A DNA stretch of 64,000 nucleotides from a virus (IMGVR_UViG_3300031555_002578), one strand, 5' to 3'. Numbered from the stretch's first letter, positions 1 through 9,790 are shown. Program-made: numbers and translations. Notes: generated by a model from the sequence alone, not told the origin.

Positions 1-2
1 CA

Positions 3-605
3 GATGTTTATGATAGATATGCTAATTATATTATGCAGAATTTAAATAATGGGTTTAATCAGGTTTTAGTTGCGAATTCTATTTTAGAAGAATATATTAG
101 AGAAAAATATCCTGAATATCCTGTAATAAGAAGTATTATTGCATCTGAAAATGTTTATTATGATGATTCTGATAAATATTTTATGAGTGTATTAAGAAAA
201 CATAAAAATACGGATATAAGATTTCTTCAAAGTATTAAAAATAAAGATAAGATTGAATTATTAGTAAATGAAACTTGTGATGAAGATTGTCCTAGAGCAT
301 ATACACATTATTTAGAGTTTTCAAAAAAACAGAGATACTTAGACAATACTGGGGAAGAATTAATTATTAAATGTACATGTGATAGAAAATATCCTAGAAA
401 TCGTTTTTATAATTTATCTATGTGTTTAACTAGAGATAAAATTAAAAATATTTATGAACCTATGGGATTTAAGCATTTTAAAATTAGTGGTAGAGGTTCT
501 CATGGCGGTATTATTCTTGATTATGCTCATTATATGGTTAAACCTGAATGGAAAGAAGATTTTTTAAATATGATGTTAGATGCAGTTTGTACAGATAATA
601 GATAA
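3..605 (+). CDS. U32 peptidase-family-like (Fe-S) protein, 5' truncated by the window edge
   Basis: Frame is open from base 3. Motifs IELLVNETCxxxCP, a further Cys and GFKHFKISGR resemble the U32/collagenase-like core. Confidence 0.55.
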   Translation, partial: DVYDRYANYIMQNLNNGFNQVLVANSILEEYIREKYPEYPVIRSIIASENVYYDDSDKYFMSVLRKHKNTDIRFLQSIKNKDKIELLVNETCDEDCPRAYTHYLEFSKKQRYLDNTGEELIIKCTCDRKYPRNRFYNLSMCLTRDKIKNIYEPMGFKHFKISGRGSHGGIILDYAHYMVKPEWKEDFLNMMLDAVCTDNR

Positions 606-621
606 TTATATAGTATTTTAT

Positions 622-655
622 AGACCTTAGACTTGTTCTAAGGTCTTTTATTTTT
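622..655 (+). terminator. intrinsic terminator
   Basis: agaccttaga-cttgt-tctaaggtct followed by tttattttt. Confidence 0.8.
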
Positions 656-710
656 GAAAGCGAGGTCTATAGTTAAATGGCAACACTTTCTATAAAGGTA
701 GGTGAGATTA

Positions 711-1307
711 ATGAAACTTACCGAGTTGATTGATTATATAGATAGAATCCCATCCTCTACCCTTCTCGTTGGTATGATTGTATTAGGTGTGGTTGTTGGA
801 TGGTTTCTATCTAATAGAAAAGATATTAAAGAATTGTGGGATTCTTGGTATAAAAATAAGAAACGTAAAGATGAATTATTAAATATGTTGCTTCAAGACC
901 ATGATAGGATTGAGACATATGAGGATAATCGTAAACACGATAGAGAGCAAAGTTTTGAAATTCAAAAACAATTAGTTGATGCTAATACTCAACTTGTAGC
1001 ATCACATCAAGAATTAACTACTACTGTTATTGAAATGGCAAAATCTGCTGAAAATCGTGAAAAACAAATTCAAGCACTTATTATTGCTTGTAAAGAACTA
1101 TTGGCTAGTGACATTAATGAAAGTTATCAGAGATATATTTCTTTAGGGTATGTTCCAGAAGATGAATTTGATGAATTTAACAATAGATATTCTGCCTATA
1201 GAGGTTGTAATGGAAATCATACTATTGAAACGAAATATAAATATGTAATTGAACACTTACCTGTTGTGCCTGTAGAATCTCGTCCTATTCTTAAACATGA
1301 AGATTAA
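711..1307 (+). CDS. phage lysis-module membrane protein (holin-associated)
   Basis: N-terminal TM helix, coiled coil and a C-terminal YxxYxxxG...YxxxNGN motif typical of genes beside Firmicutes phage lysins. RBS aggtga precedes ATG 711. Confidence 0.55.
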   Translation: MKLTELIDYIDRIPSSTLLVGMIVLGVVVGWFLSNRKDIKELWDSWYKNKKRKDELLNMLLQDHDRIETYEDNRKHDREQSFEIQKQLVDANTQLVASHQELTTTVIEMAKSAENREKQIQALIIACKELLASDINESYQRYISLGYVPEDEFDEFNNRYSAYRGCNGNHTIETKYKYVIEHLPVVPVESRPILKHED

Positions 1308-1312
1308 AAGAG

Positions 1313-1669
1313 GTGATATTTTTGGCATCTCATAGAAACATGAAAAGAAATTCTGGTAGAAATAAAATGAAGAAAGAAAATTCAAAAAAGATTGTTGACT
1401 GGTTATTTTATCTTTGTTTTGCTTATTTTGCTTATATGTTTTATATGATGAAAATTACATTAGACCTCTCTCCTGCTGAATATATGGCTGATATCTTAAA
1501 GGTTGCTTTAGCAATTGGTGTTCCTGCATATATGTATAGAGCAGTCATGACAGATAAAGTGGAAATTCAATTAAAATATAAAAAAGAATCTAGTGAATTA
1601 AAGAAAAAATATGGTGAGAATTATATTGAAGAAGAACTTTCCGACCCAGAATTTTTGAACAAAAGTTAA
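1313..1669 (+). CDS. two-TM membrane protein, putative holin/antiholin
   Basis: Two hydrophobic segments; lies in the lysis cassette; RBS gaggtg. Confidence 0.5.
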   Translation: MIFLASHRNMKRNSGRNKMKKENSKKIVDWLFYLCFAYFAYMFYMMKITLDLSPAEYMADILKVALAIGVPAYMYRAVMTDKVEIQLKYKKESSELKKKYGENYIEEELSDPEFLNKS

Positions 1670-1692
1670 ATTGAAAGAGAGGTTTTATTGGA

Positions 1693-2007
1693 ATGGATAT
1701 TACTTGGTTAATTGAGTTATTGTTAATCATTATTATTTTCTTTAGCAAAAAGTATTGGATTCCTTTATTAAAAGGAACTGTTATTTTAAGAATGGCAAGA
1801 ACTTTTGTTTCTTCTGCAAATGAATTATATATTACAAAAGAGATTGAAGATAAAGCACAATATGTTTGGGATGAAATGGTTAAGTTCTTAAATAAATATA
1901 AAATTACTTTTGATGAAACAGAAGTTAAAGCATACATTAAACGTGCTGTAACAGAGTTAAGAGTAGACATTACGAATACTGATGCAGAAAAGAAAATTAG
2001 TAATTAA
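1693..2007 (+). CDS. LL-H-type phage holin
   Basis: Single N-terminal TM, then a VSSANE...DK...I..AV.EL pattern of LL-H holins; directly upstream of the lysin. Confidence 0.65.
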   Translation: MDITWLIELLLIIIIFFSKKYWIPLLKGTVILRMARTFVSSANELYITKEIEDKAQYVWDEMVKFLNKYKITFDETEVKAYIKRAVTELRVDITNTDAEKKISN

Positions 2008-2065
2008 TCCCCTCCCCATTTTTGTGGAGAGGTTTTTTATTTTGCAGAAAGGAGGAATGATACCA

Positions 2066-2791
2066 ATGGGTAAAAAGTTAGAACCTATTCTTTATATGCA
2101 GACTGACCCAAAATGGGCTAATAATGACTATTCTGCAAAAGGTGAAAAAACAACAATTAAGGCTGAAGGTTGTGGTATTGCTTGTTCTGCTATGGTAATT
2201 GCTTCTTTGGCAGATAAAGATATAACTCCAGAAGATACTTGCAAATGGTCACTTGAACATGGTTATAAAGCACCACATCAAGGTACATATTATGCTTATT
2301 TTAAACCTCAAATGGATGAATATGGTATTAAATGTCATATGATGAATAGTGTAAACTGTTATGGTAAACCAAATGCAGAGGTACATAAAGAAGTATGGAA
2401 AGCATTAGATAATGGAGATTGGGTTATAGCGGTAGCAGGTAAAGGTGATTTTACATCTAGTGGACATTATATTTTAGCGTGGGGTTTAGACCAAGATAAT
2501 GTTCTTATTAAAGACCCTTATAACACAAAATCAATTTGCTCAAAGATGCCTTGGGAGCGTTTTATTAAACAACAGAAATATTACTGGAAAGTCCAACTTC
2601 CAGATAAATACAAGGAGGACTTAGAAGTGGTTGAAAATATTAATATTGAAGTCGATGGCTTAGATTACACTGTATCTGCTATTAATAAAGATGGTTATAC
2701 ATATATTAAAACTCGTGACATTGCTAGTGCTTGTGGCTTTGATGTTTCTAATAAAGGTAAAATGCCTATTCTTACATCTAAAAAGAAATGA
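2066..2791 (+). CDS. endolysin: C39-like cysteine peptidase with C-terminal cell-wall-binding domain
   Basis: QTDPKW...GCG...GHY...DPY catalytic pattern. RBS ggagg at 2051-2055 favours ATG 2066 over the longer ORF start. Confidence 0.75.
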   Translation: MGKKLEPILYMQTDPKWANNDYSAKGEKTTIKAEGCGIACSAMVIASLADKDITPEDTCKWSLEHGYKAPHQGTYYAYFKPQMDEYGIKCHMMNSVNCYGKPNAEVHKEVWKALDNGDWVIAVAGKGDFTSSGHYILAWGLDQDNVLIKDPYNTKSICSKMPWERFIKQQKYYWKVQLPDKYKEDLEVVENINIEVDGLDYTVSAINKDGYTYIKTRDIASACGFDVSNKGKMPILTSKKK

Positions 2792-2805
2792 GGTGAAAGA
2801 GGTCT

Positions 2806-3435
2806 ATGTTTACTATTGTAATGAATTCTGATAAATCATGTACAGTTACACATCCAGTAACACTTTTTGAAAAAGAAACAGGAATTGATTGTATTCGTTG
2901 GCTTGTTCCACCTCAATATACAGAAGGACAAACTATTAAAAATATTGCAGAATATGTTGCTACAGTAAAAATTAAGTGTCCAGATGGTAGATACTGGATT
3001 GAATTACTAACTTGTGAAGAACTTCCTTATAAGGGAAAACTTGATTTTAGACAAGTAGTAACAAGTGATTTAACTAAAGTTTCAGGTCAAGTAATGATGC
3101 ATTTAACTTTTGCTAAAGTAATTGAAAATGAAGACGGTACAAAAGTACCTGATATTTTCTACAGTGATAATGTATTTATTACTATTGAAAGAAAAGAAGA
3201 ATTTATCTTTATTCCAGATAAATCTTTACAAGCAATTGACCAATATATTTTACAACTCAATGACAAAATGAATCAACTGAATAGTATGGTTGATGAAGTT
3301 TCTGAACAAAGAGCAAATGATATTGAAATTATTGACGGTCAAATTTTTGTTGGGTATAAGAATGAAGAAACTGGCGAATTTACCCCTATGGGTGATAGTA
3401 TTTCTGCAACATCTCACTCTTGGCAAGAAATGTAA
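2806..3435 (+). CDS. baseplate/tail-fibre attachment protein (BppU-N-like)
   Basis: Beta-rich N-domain then coiled coil; ends SWQEM; first gene of the fibre cluster. Confidence 0.5.
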   Translation: MFTIVMNSDKSCTVTHPVTLFEKETGIDCIRWLVPPQYTEGQTIKNIAEYVATVKIKCPDGRYWIELLTCEELPYKGKLDFRQVVTSDLTKVSGQVMMHLTFAKVIENEDGTKVPDIFYSDNVFITIERKEEFIFIPDKSLQAIDQYILQLNDKMNQLNSMVDEVSEQRANDIEIIDGQIFVGYKNEETGEFTPMGDSISATSHSWQEM

Positions 3436-3462
3436 TTTTATAATATTTAGGAGGAATTTAAG

Positions 3463-4530
3463 ATGGCGTTTACAAATGATATTGCTTACAGATATGGTTT
3501 GCAATCAACATATGATGCTTTGATTTCTCGTGACCCTCAAACACTTTATTGGTGTACAGATACACGCAAATTGTATCGTGGGGACGATGATTACACAGAA
3601 GCAGTTCGTTTTACCGATGACCATACTTCCCTATTAACTCCTGCTAGAAATGTTCTATATGTAGAATATACTGGTGCAGGTTGGGTGTATGTAAAAGATG
3701 TTGAATCTGGTTCTGATGTATGGAAACAAATCTTTGGCTCTGATGATGAATCTGGTATTACTATTGTAACAGTAATTGATGAAACATCTACAGATGATGT
3801 AGTACCTTCTGCTAAAGCAGTTTATGATTTATTCCAGACATTAGATGTTTCTGATTTAGATTTATCTGGTTATGCTAAAACAGAAGAAGTAGATAATAAA
3901 CTACAAAATTATGCTCTGAAATCTGATATTAAAAATATTGCAGACCAAATGGAATACGAAGTATTTGATAAGCCAGTTGGTACTTTAGTTGACTATAGAG
4001 ATAAAGAAATTCGTATTCTATGCCCTTCTACAACTAAATGGGTGCTGAGAACTTCTGGTGAAAATTCTGATTCTTCAATGTATTATTTAGGTTTCAAAGC
4101 GTATGCACCAAATGCAGATGTTGTATCTTTTAAAGAAGATTTAAAAGAAACTATTGAAGATGAAGAAATGTATTATTTTGAAAATAATGATTTTGCAGGT
4201 ATTGATGCATATGGCAGAAAATATTCTATCGTATGGTTGCCTGTTGCAAATTATGATTTAACATCTGATACATGGACATATTATGGCTCTATGTCTACAG
4301 AAGACAAATATATTGGTTGGTATTATCGTGTAGATTGGTATAATGCCGATGGTATTGTTATTGCTTCTGATATGATTAGAATTAATCTATCTAATGAAGA
4401 ATGTCATTATGCTATTTCTGATGCAGTAATGACTAATTTTGTAACAGAAGATGAAGTTGAAGTAATTAGCACAAGAGTTGATGAGTTAGAAGACAGATTA
4501 ATTGATGTTTCTACTTGGGCTGAAATGTAA
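3463..4530 (+). CDS. tail fibre protein
   Basis: N-terminal YRYG...TLYWCTD docking-like motif, VPSAKAVYD and DLSGYAK fibre motifs; ends TWAEM. Confidence 0.6.
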   Translation: MAFTNDIAYRYGLQSTYDALISRDPQTLYWCTDTRKLYRGDDDYTEAVRFTDDHTSLLTPARNVLYVEYTGAGWVYVKDVESGSDVWKQIFGSDDESGITIVTVIDETSTDDVVPSAKAVYDLFQTLDVSDLDLSGYAKTEEVDNKLQNYALKSDIKNIADQMEYEVFDKPVGTLVDYRDKEIRILCPSTTKWVLRTSGENSDSSMYYLGFKAYAPNADVVSFKEDLKETIEDEEMYYFENNDFAGIDAYGRKYSIVWLPVANYDLTSDTWTYYGSMSTEDKYIGWYYRVDWYNADGIVIASDMIRINLSNEECHYAISDAVMTNFVTEDEVEVISTRVDELEDRLIDVSTWAEM

Positions 4531-4547
4531 TTAAATAATGTTTAATT

Positions 4548-4578
4548 AAACACCTGAAGATTGGGTGTTTTTTATTTT
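4548..4578 (+). terminator. intrinsic terminator / stabilising hairpin
   Basis: aaacacctga-aga-ttgggtgttt plus T tract. Confidence 0.65.
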
Positions 4579-4621
4579 ATAACTTTCTATTTATATATTT
4601 TTGAAAGGATGTTTTTAAATT

Positions 4622-6493
4622 ATGGCAAATGTAAAATTTAACAAAGGTCTATATGCAAATCTACCTGCTCAATCTACAGAAGGTGCTCTGTATTTTACAA
4701 CCGATGAATCTATTTATCTAGGTCTGGCTAATGGTCAGTATCATAGATTTGGTGATTTTATTGAAGTAGCAAGTGTAGAAGCACTACCTGCTGATGGTGC
4801 TCATGTGAAAGCACTATACTACTGCACACTGGAAAATGTACTGGCAAAATGGGATGGCTCTGCTTGGAAACAAATTAATCTGGATACAGATACAACTTAT
4901 GAAATGACAGCAGGTGCTACAGCAGGTTCTATTAAACTGATTGGTAAAAACAAAAAAGGTACACAGGTTTCTTCTGTTGAACTGCAAGTTGTAGATGTTG
5001 CAGGTCTAAACGAAGCAATTGCCGATGCTAAAAAGGCAGGTACAGATGCACAGGCTTATGCTGAAGCACTATCTGACAAAGTTGGTGAGGTTGAAAACGG
5101 CAAAACAGTTGTTGGTATGATTTCTGATAATGCTACAGAAATTGCAGACCTAGCAGCAATTGTTTCTGCTATGACAGGTGACGAAGAAGGTTCTGTAGGC
5201 TCTATTTCTGAAGCAATTAAAGCACAGATTGATGCTCTGGATGTAACAGATGAAGCAGTTGAAGGTCAATTCGTAGTTGCTGTTTCTGAAACAGACGGTA
5301 AAATTACTGTAACAAGAGCATCTCTGAAAGTATCTGACATTCCTGAAATTGGTCAGGATAAAGTAACAGGTCTGGTTGATGCTATTGCTGATGCTAAGAA
5401 AGCAGGTACAGACGCTAATAATGCTCTGGAAACTTATAAAGGCACAAATGATGTTGCAGTAAAAGAAGCAAAAGATGCCGCTGATGAAGCAAAAGCAACA
5501 GCAGATGCTAAAGTTGCTTCTGTAACAGCAGGTGACGCTTCTGTAACAGTTGCAGGTACATCTACAGAACCTACAGTAGCAGTTAAACTAGACCCTTCCG
5601 CAGATAATGCTATTAAACTGGGTGAAAATGGTCTGAAAGTTGAAATTGGTGCTGCACCTGAATATAGCATTGTAAAAGCTGCTGATTCTGGTGAATATGC
5701 TGCAATCTATAACCTGACAAAAGATGGTGTTAATGTAGGTGCTTCTATCAATATTCCTAAAGACCTAGTTGTAAAATCTGGTTCTGTTGTTGATGGTGAT
5801 ATCGTTCTGGTGCTGAATGATGAAGCAAATACAGAAATTGTAATTCCTGCTGATTCTCTAATTGAATATGTAACATCTGGCTCTGTTGCAGGTGACATGG
5901 TTGTAATCAATGTTGATGAATCTACACACAAAGTAACAGCAACAATTACAGATGGTACAATTGGTCTGGCTAAACTGACAACAGAAGTTCAGACAGCAAT
6001 TGGTAAAGCACATAGCCATGCTCATCTTGAAGTTCTGGAAGGTATTACAGCAGATAAAGTTTCTGCATGGGATGCTTCTGAACAGAACGCTAAAGACTAT
6101 GCTGATGGTCTGGATGAAGCAATGGATATTCGTGTAAAAGCAATTGAAGACGATTATCTGAAAGAAGCAGATATTGCTAATAAAGCAGATAAAGCAACAA
6201 CACTGGCAGGTTATGGTATCACAGATGCTATGACAGCAGATGCAATCGCACAAGCAATTGAAGATTCTGAATATGATGACACAGCACTGGTAGGTAGAGT
6301 TGATGCACTAGAAGCAATTGACCACGATGCTTATGTTGATGCAGATACACAAGTGCTAACAGATGCGAAAGCATATGCTGATGGTCTAGCAGGTAATTAT
6401 GATGCTTCTGGTTCTGCATCTACAGCAGAACAGAATGCTAAAGATTATGCTGATTCCGCAGTAGAAACAGCAATGACATGGGGCGAATTCTGA
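4622..6493 (+). CDS. long tail fibre protein
   Basis: N-terminal KFNKG...GALYFTTD, Ala-rich coiled-coil repeats (AIADAKKAGTDA twice, AKDYAD), TTLAGYGITDA motif; ends TWGEF; CTG/CAG-rich codons suggest high expression. Confidence 0.7.
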   Translation: MANVKFNKGLYANLPAQSTEGALYFTTDESIYLGLANGQYHRFGDFIEVASVEALPADGAHVKALYYCTLENVLAKWDGSAWKQINLDTDTTYEMTAGATAGSIKLIGKNKKGTQVSSVELQVVDVAGLNEAIADAKKAGTDAQAYAEALSDKVGEVENGKTVVGMISDNATEIADLAAIVSAMTGDEEGSVGSISEAIKAQIDALDVTDEAVEGQFVVAVSETDGKITVTRASLKVSDIPEIGQDKVTGLVDAIADAKKAGTDANNALETYKGTNDVAVKEAKDAADEAKATADAKVASVTAGDASVTVAGTSTEPTVAVKLDPSADNAIKLGENGLKVEIGAAPEYSIVKAADSGEYAAIYNLTKDGVNVGASINIPKDLVVKSGSVVDGDIVLVLNDEANTEIVIPADSLIEYVTSGSVAGDMVVINVDESTHKVTATITDGTIGLAKLTTEVQTAIGKAHSHAHLEVLEGITADKVSAWDASEQNAKDYADGLDEAMDIRVKAIEDDYLKEADIANKADKATTLAGYGITDAMTADAIAQAIEDSEYDDTALVGRVDALEAIDHDAYVDADTQVLTDAKAYADGLAGNYDASGSASTAEQNAKDYADSAVETAMTWGEF

Positions 6494-6525
6494 TTTAATG
6501 GACATTTAACTTATGTTTTGAACTT

Positions 6526-6557
6526 GGGTAGAGGTTAATTCCTCTACCCTATTTTTT
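6526..6557 (+). terminator. intrinsic terminator
   Basis: gggtagagg-ttaatt-cctctaccc plus tatttttt. Confidence 0.8.
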
Positions 6558-6601
6558 GTAACTCTTAGGACAGTAAGATACGCTAATGAGGTGAAAATAT
6601 T

Positions 6602-7111
6602 ATGGCTTTATTTAAACCTTTATTGGGTGATGAATCTCGTATTTCATTAGAAGTCACTCCTTTTCATGAAGGATATGTGTACTTTGTGAAGGAAGGTTTT
6701 CTATACTTTGATGTTAACCTTGGCACAGAAGAAACACCTAATAATCAGAGAATTAAATTAAAGGCAGACGCAGAAATTGCACAAAAATTAATTGAACTTA
6801 ACAAACTATCTGAAATGGCATTTTGGATTGGTACTAAAGAAGAATATGAAGTAATTGAAACTAAAGAAGATAACGTTTTATATATTGTTACTGATGATTT
6901 CCAAGATGTAACCTTTGAAGATAAATCTAATAAAGTTGCTGTTTTAGATGAAACATGTACTGATGAACAATATCCTTCCGCATTGGCTATTTATAATTTT
7001 GTTCAAAGTTGCATTGAAGAATATATTGCATCTACACCAACTATTACAAGTTCCACATCTGAGCCTACTTCTGAAGATGGTAAAGTTGGAGATATTTGGG
7101 TGGTGATTTAA
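6602..7111 (+). CDS. tail fibre adaptor protein
   Basis: N-terminal FKPLLG...GYVYF, FWIGTKEEYE...LYIVTD motif, YPSALA, C-terminal PT..DG..GDIW. Confidence 0.6.
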   Translation: MALFKPLLGDESRISLEVTPFHEGYVYFVKEGFLYFDVNLGTEETPNNQRIKLKADAEIAQKLIELNKLSEMAFWIGTKEEYEVIETKEDNVLYIVTDDFQDVTFEDKSNKVAVLDETCTDEQYPSALAIYNFVQSCIEEYIASTPTITSSTSEPTSEDGKVGDIWVVI

Positions 7112-7112
7112 T

Positions 7113-8975
7113 ATGAAGTTTAAATCAATAAGAACATATACTGAATTATCATATATTGAAGGGACAGGCACACAATTTATTGACACAGGCTTTAAACCTA
7201 ATCAAGATACTAGAATTGTTCTTGACATTGATATTAGTACACAATCTAGTTATCCTATGGCATTATTAGGTGGCAGAAACGGTGATACTTCTTCTAATGC
7301 ATCATTTGTGATTTTTATTATGACTGCTTCTCAGCTTAGAACAGACTACGGTTCTGCAACAGTTAATGCTGATATTTCTACAGTTGGTAGATTTTTAATT
7401 GATAAAAATAAAGCAATATGTACTATTAATGATACTGCTTATACGAACACCGCAGCTACATTTCAGTCTGATTATACTCTAGCATTATTAACAGAGAATG
7501 ACCCAAGTGGTTACGATACAAGAATTACTTCTGCTAAGATTTATTCCTGTCAAGTGTATGATAACGATGTATTAATTCGTAATTATGTTCCTGCAAAAGA
7601 TGATAATGATGTAGTTTGTTTATATGACAAAGTAAATCATGAATTTGTTTATAATGCAGGTACAGGTACATTTGTTGCGGGTGAAACCATCAAAGAAATT
7701 GGTTCTGAATTATGGGAAGATGCACAATATTATTTAACAAAAACAGATGATAATATATGGTCAACTCCTAAATCTGTTTACACTAAAGTTTCTGAAAATT
7801 TGACTGTTTTGGATTACATTGAATCAGATGGTGCTAGTTATATTGATACAGGTTTTATGCCAAATCAAGATACAAGAATGGTTATTGATTATGAAGTGTT
7901 AGATACTAATACAGCAGAAGCACATATTAGTTCTGCTAGAACATCTGGTAGTACCCCATTATGGACATTGTACTCTAACGCTTCTCTAAAATTGGGAACT
8001 CGTTATGGCACAAGTGCTGCACAAACACTCACATCTCCTACTGGTGCAGGTCGATATTTGTTTGATAAAAATAAAAATACATTAAGCATTGATGGCACAC
8101 AAGTATATGAAGTAGCATACGAAACATTTACTGTATCAAGTACATTAATTATTTTTGCTAGAAACGATGGTACTGTTATTAATAACTATGGCAAAGGCAG
8201 GTTGTATTCTTATAAATTATACGATAATAATGTTTTAATCCGTGATTATGTTCCTGTATTAGACAGTTCTGGTGTTGCATGTCTTTACGACAAAGTAACA
8301 AATGAACTTTTCTACAATCAAGGCACAGGTACATTTAGTTACGGATACAAAACTGAATTTGAGCCTGAAACTGAGTTGGCATTCATTGAATCCAGTGGCA
8401 CACAATACATTGACACTGGATTCATGCACAATCAAAATACCAGAGTTGTTATGGATACACAGGTTACAACACAGCCTAGTGACCATGCGTGGTTGTTTGA
8501 AGGCAGAATTGATAACAATTCTGCTGCAAAAGGGGTGTTTCTGTTAAATGGTAAAGCATGGAACGCTGACTATGTAGGCAATAGCGGAAGGGTTTCCATG
8601 ACAAACTATTCTATCGGTATAACAGATAGGTTGAAAGTTGACTACAACAAAAACACAATTACCGTCAATTCGGTCAATAATTTTACACACACTTGGACAG
8701 TAACAACATTCCAAAGTACTTGTAATCTGGTGTTACTGGCAGCGAACACTGGTGGTACAGTTAGTGGTTTTATATCTGCTAGAATCTACTCTTGTTGCAT
8801 TTATGATAACGATACTCTGGTCAGAGATTATATCCCTAAAACGGATTCTCAAGGTGTTCCTGCACTCTTTGATAAAGTGTCTGGTACATACTATTACAAC
8901 GCAGGTACAGGGATGTTTGGTGCTGTAGAAAAATCAAATATAATTCAACGTGAATATTGGAAACAAGTGGCTTAA
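7113..8975 (+). CDS. receptor-binding protein with three tandem LamG/ConA-like lectin-type repeats
   Basis: Three ~190-aa units, each YIE.xG.xxIDTG..xNQxTR...YS..xYDN..LxRxYxP...LxDKV...YNxGTGxF. Confidence 0.65.
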   Translation: MKFKSIRTYTELSYIEGTGTQFIDTGFKPNQDTRIVLDIDISTQSSYPMALLGGRNGDTSSNASFVIFIMTASQLRTDYGSATVNADISTVGRFLIDKNKAICTINDTAYTNTAATFQSDYTLALLTENDPSGYDTRITSAKIYSCQVYDNDVLIRNYVPAKDDNDVVCLYDKVNHEFVYNAGTGTFVAGETIKEIGSELWEDAQYYLTKTDDNIWSTPKSVYTKVSENLTVLDYIESDGASYIDTGFMPNQDTRMVIDYEVLDTNTAEAHISSARTSGSTPLWTLYSNASLKLGTRYGTSAAQTLTSPTGAGRYLFDKNKNTLSIDGTQVYEVAYETFTVSSTLIIFARNDGTVINNYGKGRLYSYKLYDNNVLIRDYVPVLDSSGVACLYDKVTNELFYNQGTGTFSYGYKTEFEPETELAFIESSGTQYIDTGFMHNQNTRVVMDTQVTTQPSDHAWLFEGRIDNNSAAKGVFLLNGKAWNADYVGNSGRVSMTNYSIGITDRLKVDYNKNTITVNSVNNFTHTWTVTTFQSTCNLVLLAANTGGTVSGFISARIYSCCIYDNDTLVRDYIPKTDSQGVPALFDKVSGTYYYNAGTGMFGAVEKSNIIQREYWKQVA

Positions 8976-8992
8976 TTGGAGGTGACTGAATA

Positions 8993-9364
8993 ATGGCAAT
9001 GTATTTAAATGGAGTTAACCTTTCTTTTGGGCAAAAAGGTGAATCTGGTAAAAGTGCTTACGCTTACGCACAAGAGCAAGGTTATTCTGGCACTGAAGCA
9101 GAGTTTGGAGAACAATTATCTAATGCTGTTGCAGTACAAATGTTATTTGGTAAATTTAATAATCAAGTAACTTGGAATGATGATGAAACTGTGTTCACTG
9201 AAACTTGGACATATAATAATGATAGTTATAAAAGAGTTTCAACTATTATTTCAGATACAGAAACAACTGTTCAACTTACCATTAATGATGTAAATGCAGG
9301 TCTTTGGACAATGGTAATTGACGAAACAAATAAGGTATATGTGACAACATATACTGCACAATAA
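8993..9364 (+). CDS. small tail-associated protein
   Basis: GxxGKSAYxxAxxxGYxGTEAEF motif common in phage fibre proteins. Confidence 0.5.
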   Translation: MAMYLNGVNLSFGQKGESGKSAYAYAQEQGYSGTEAEFGEQLSNAVAVQMLFGKFNNQVTWNDDETVFTETWTYNNDSYKRVSTIISDTETTVQLTINDVNAGLWTMVIDETNKVYVTTYTAQ

Positions 9365-9398
9365 AGTAAATTTAAAAATGTTTTTAAATGAATTTTAA

Positions 9399-9430
9399 GG
9401 GAAGTCATATTGATAGACTTCCCATTTTTT
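9399..9430 (+). terminator. terminator ending the late operon
   Basis: gggaagtc-atattgata-gacttccc plus atttttt. Confidence 0.8.
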
Positions 9431-9499
9431 ACGATTTTATATCAAGATATTCCCTTCTAAATTTTTCTAAAAATTTTTCAATTTTTTTCAAATTTTCTC

Positions 9500-9528
9500 T
9501 TGCATTATTTAAGATTATCAGTTATAAT
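9500..9528 (+). promoter_or_regulatory. sigmaA-type promoter
   Basis: TTGCAT-17 nt-TATAAT with an A/T-rich upstream element. Confidence 0.7.
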
Positions 9529-9532
9529 ATAG

Positions 9533-9790
9533 ATAAATCAAAGAGAACTTAAACACTTCCTTCAAACACCATAGAGAGTTCAATTTGATTTATAAGAAGG
9601 AGAATAAAAAAGGGCTTCTTATAAGGGTAACGAGATAAAAAGTAAGAAGCAAGAAAATGTACGATTGTATTATTCTTAACTTTCTTAATTGTAACACTTC
9701 CAAAACAACTTTATTTACAGTAAGGCAAAAAAATTTCAACTTCTAAAAAGGAAAACTAGCATCATACATCTGGTGCTAGTTTTTCTTTTA
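9533..9790 (+). ncRNA. candidate structured small RNA (~255 nt)
   Basis: Bounded by the sigmaA promoter and a terminator; consecutive hairpins; no RBS-led ORF. Confidence 0.5.
9752..9790 (+). terminator. terminator of the candidate sRNA
   Basis: aaaactagcatca-tacatc-tggtgctagtttt plus tctttt. Confidence 0.75.
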
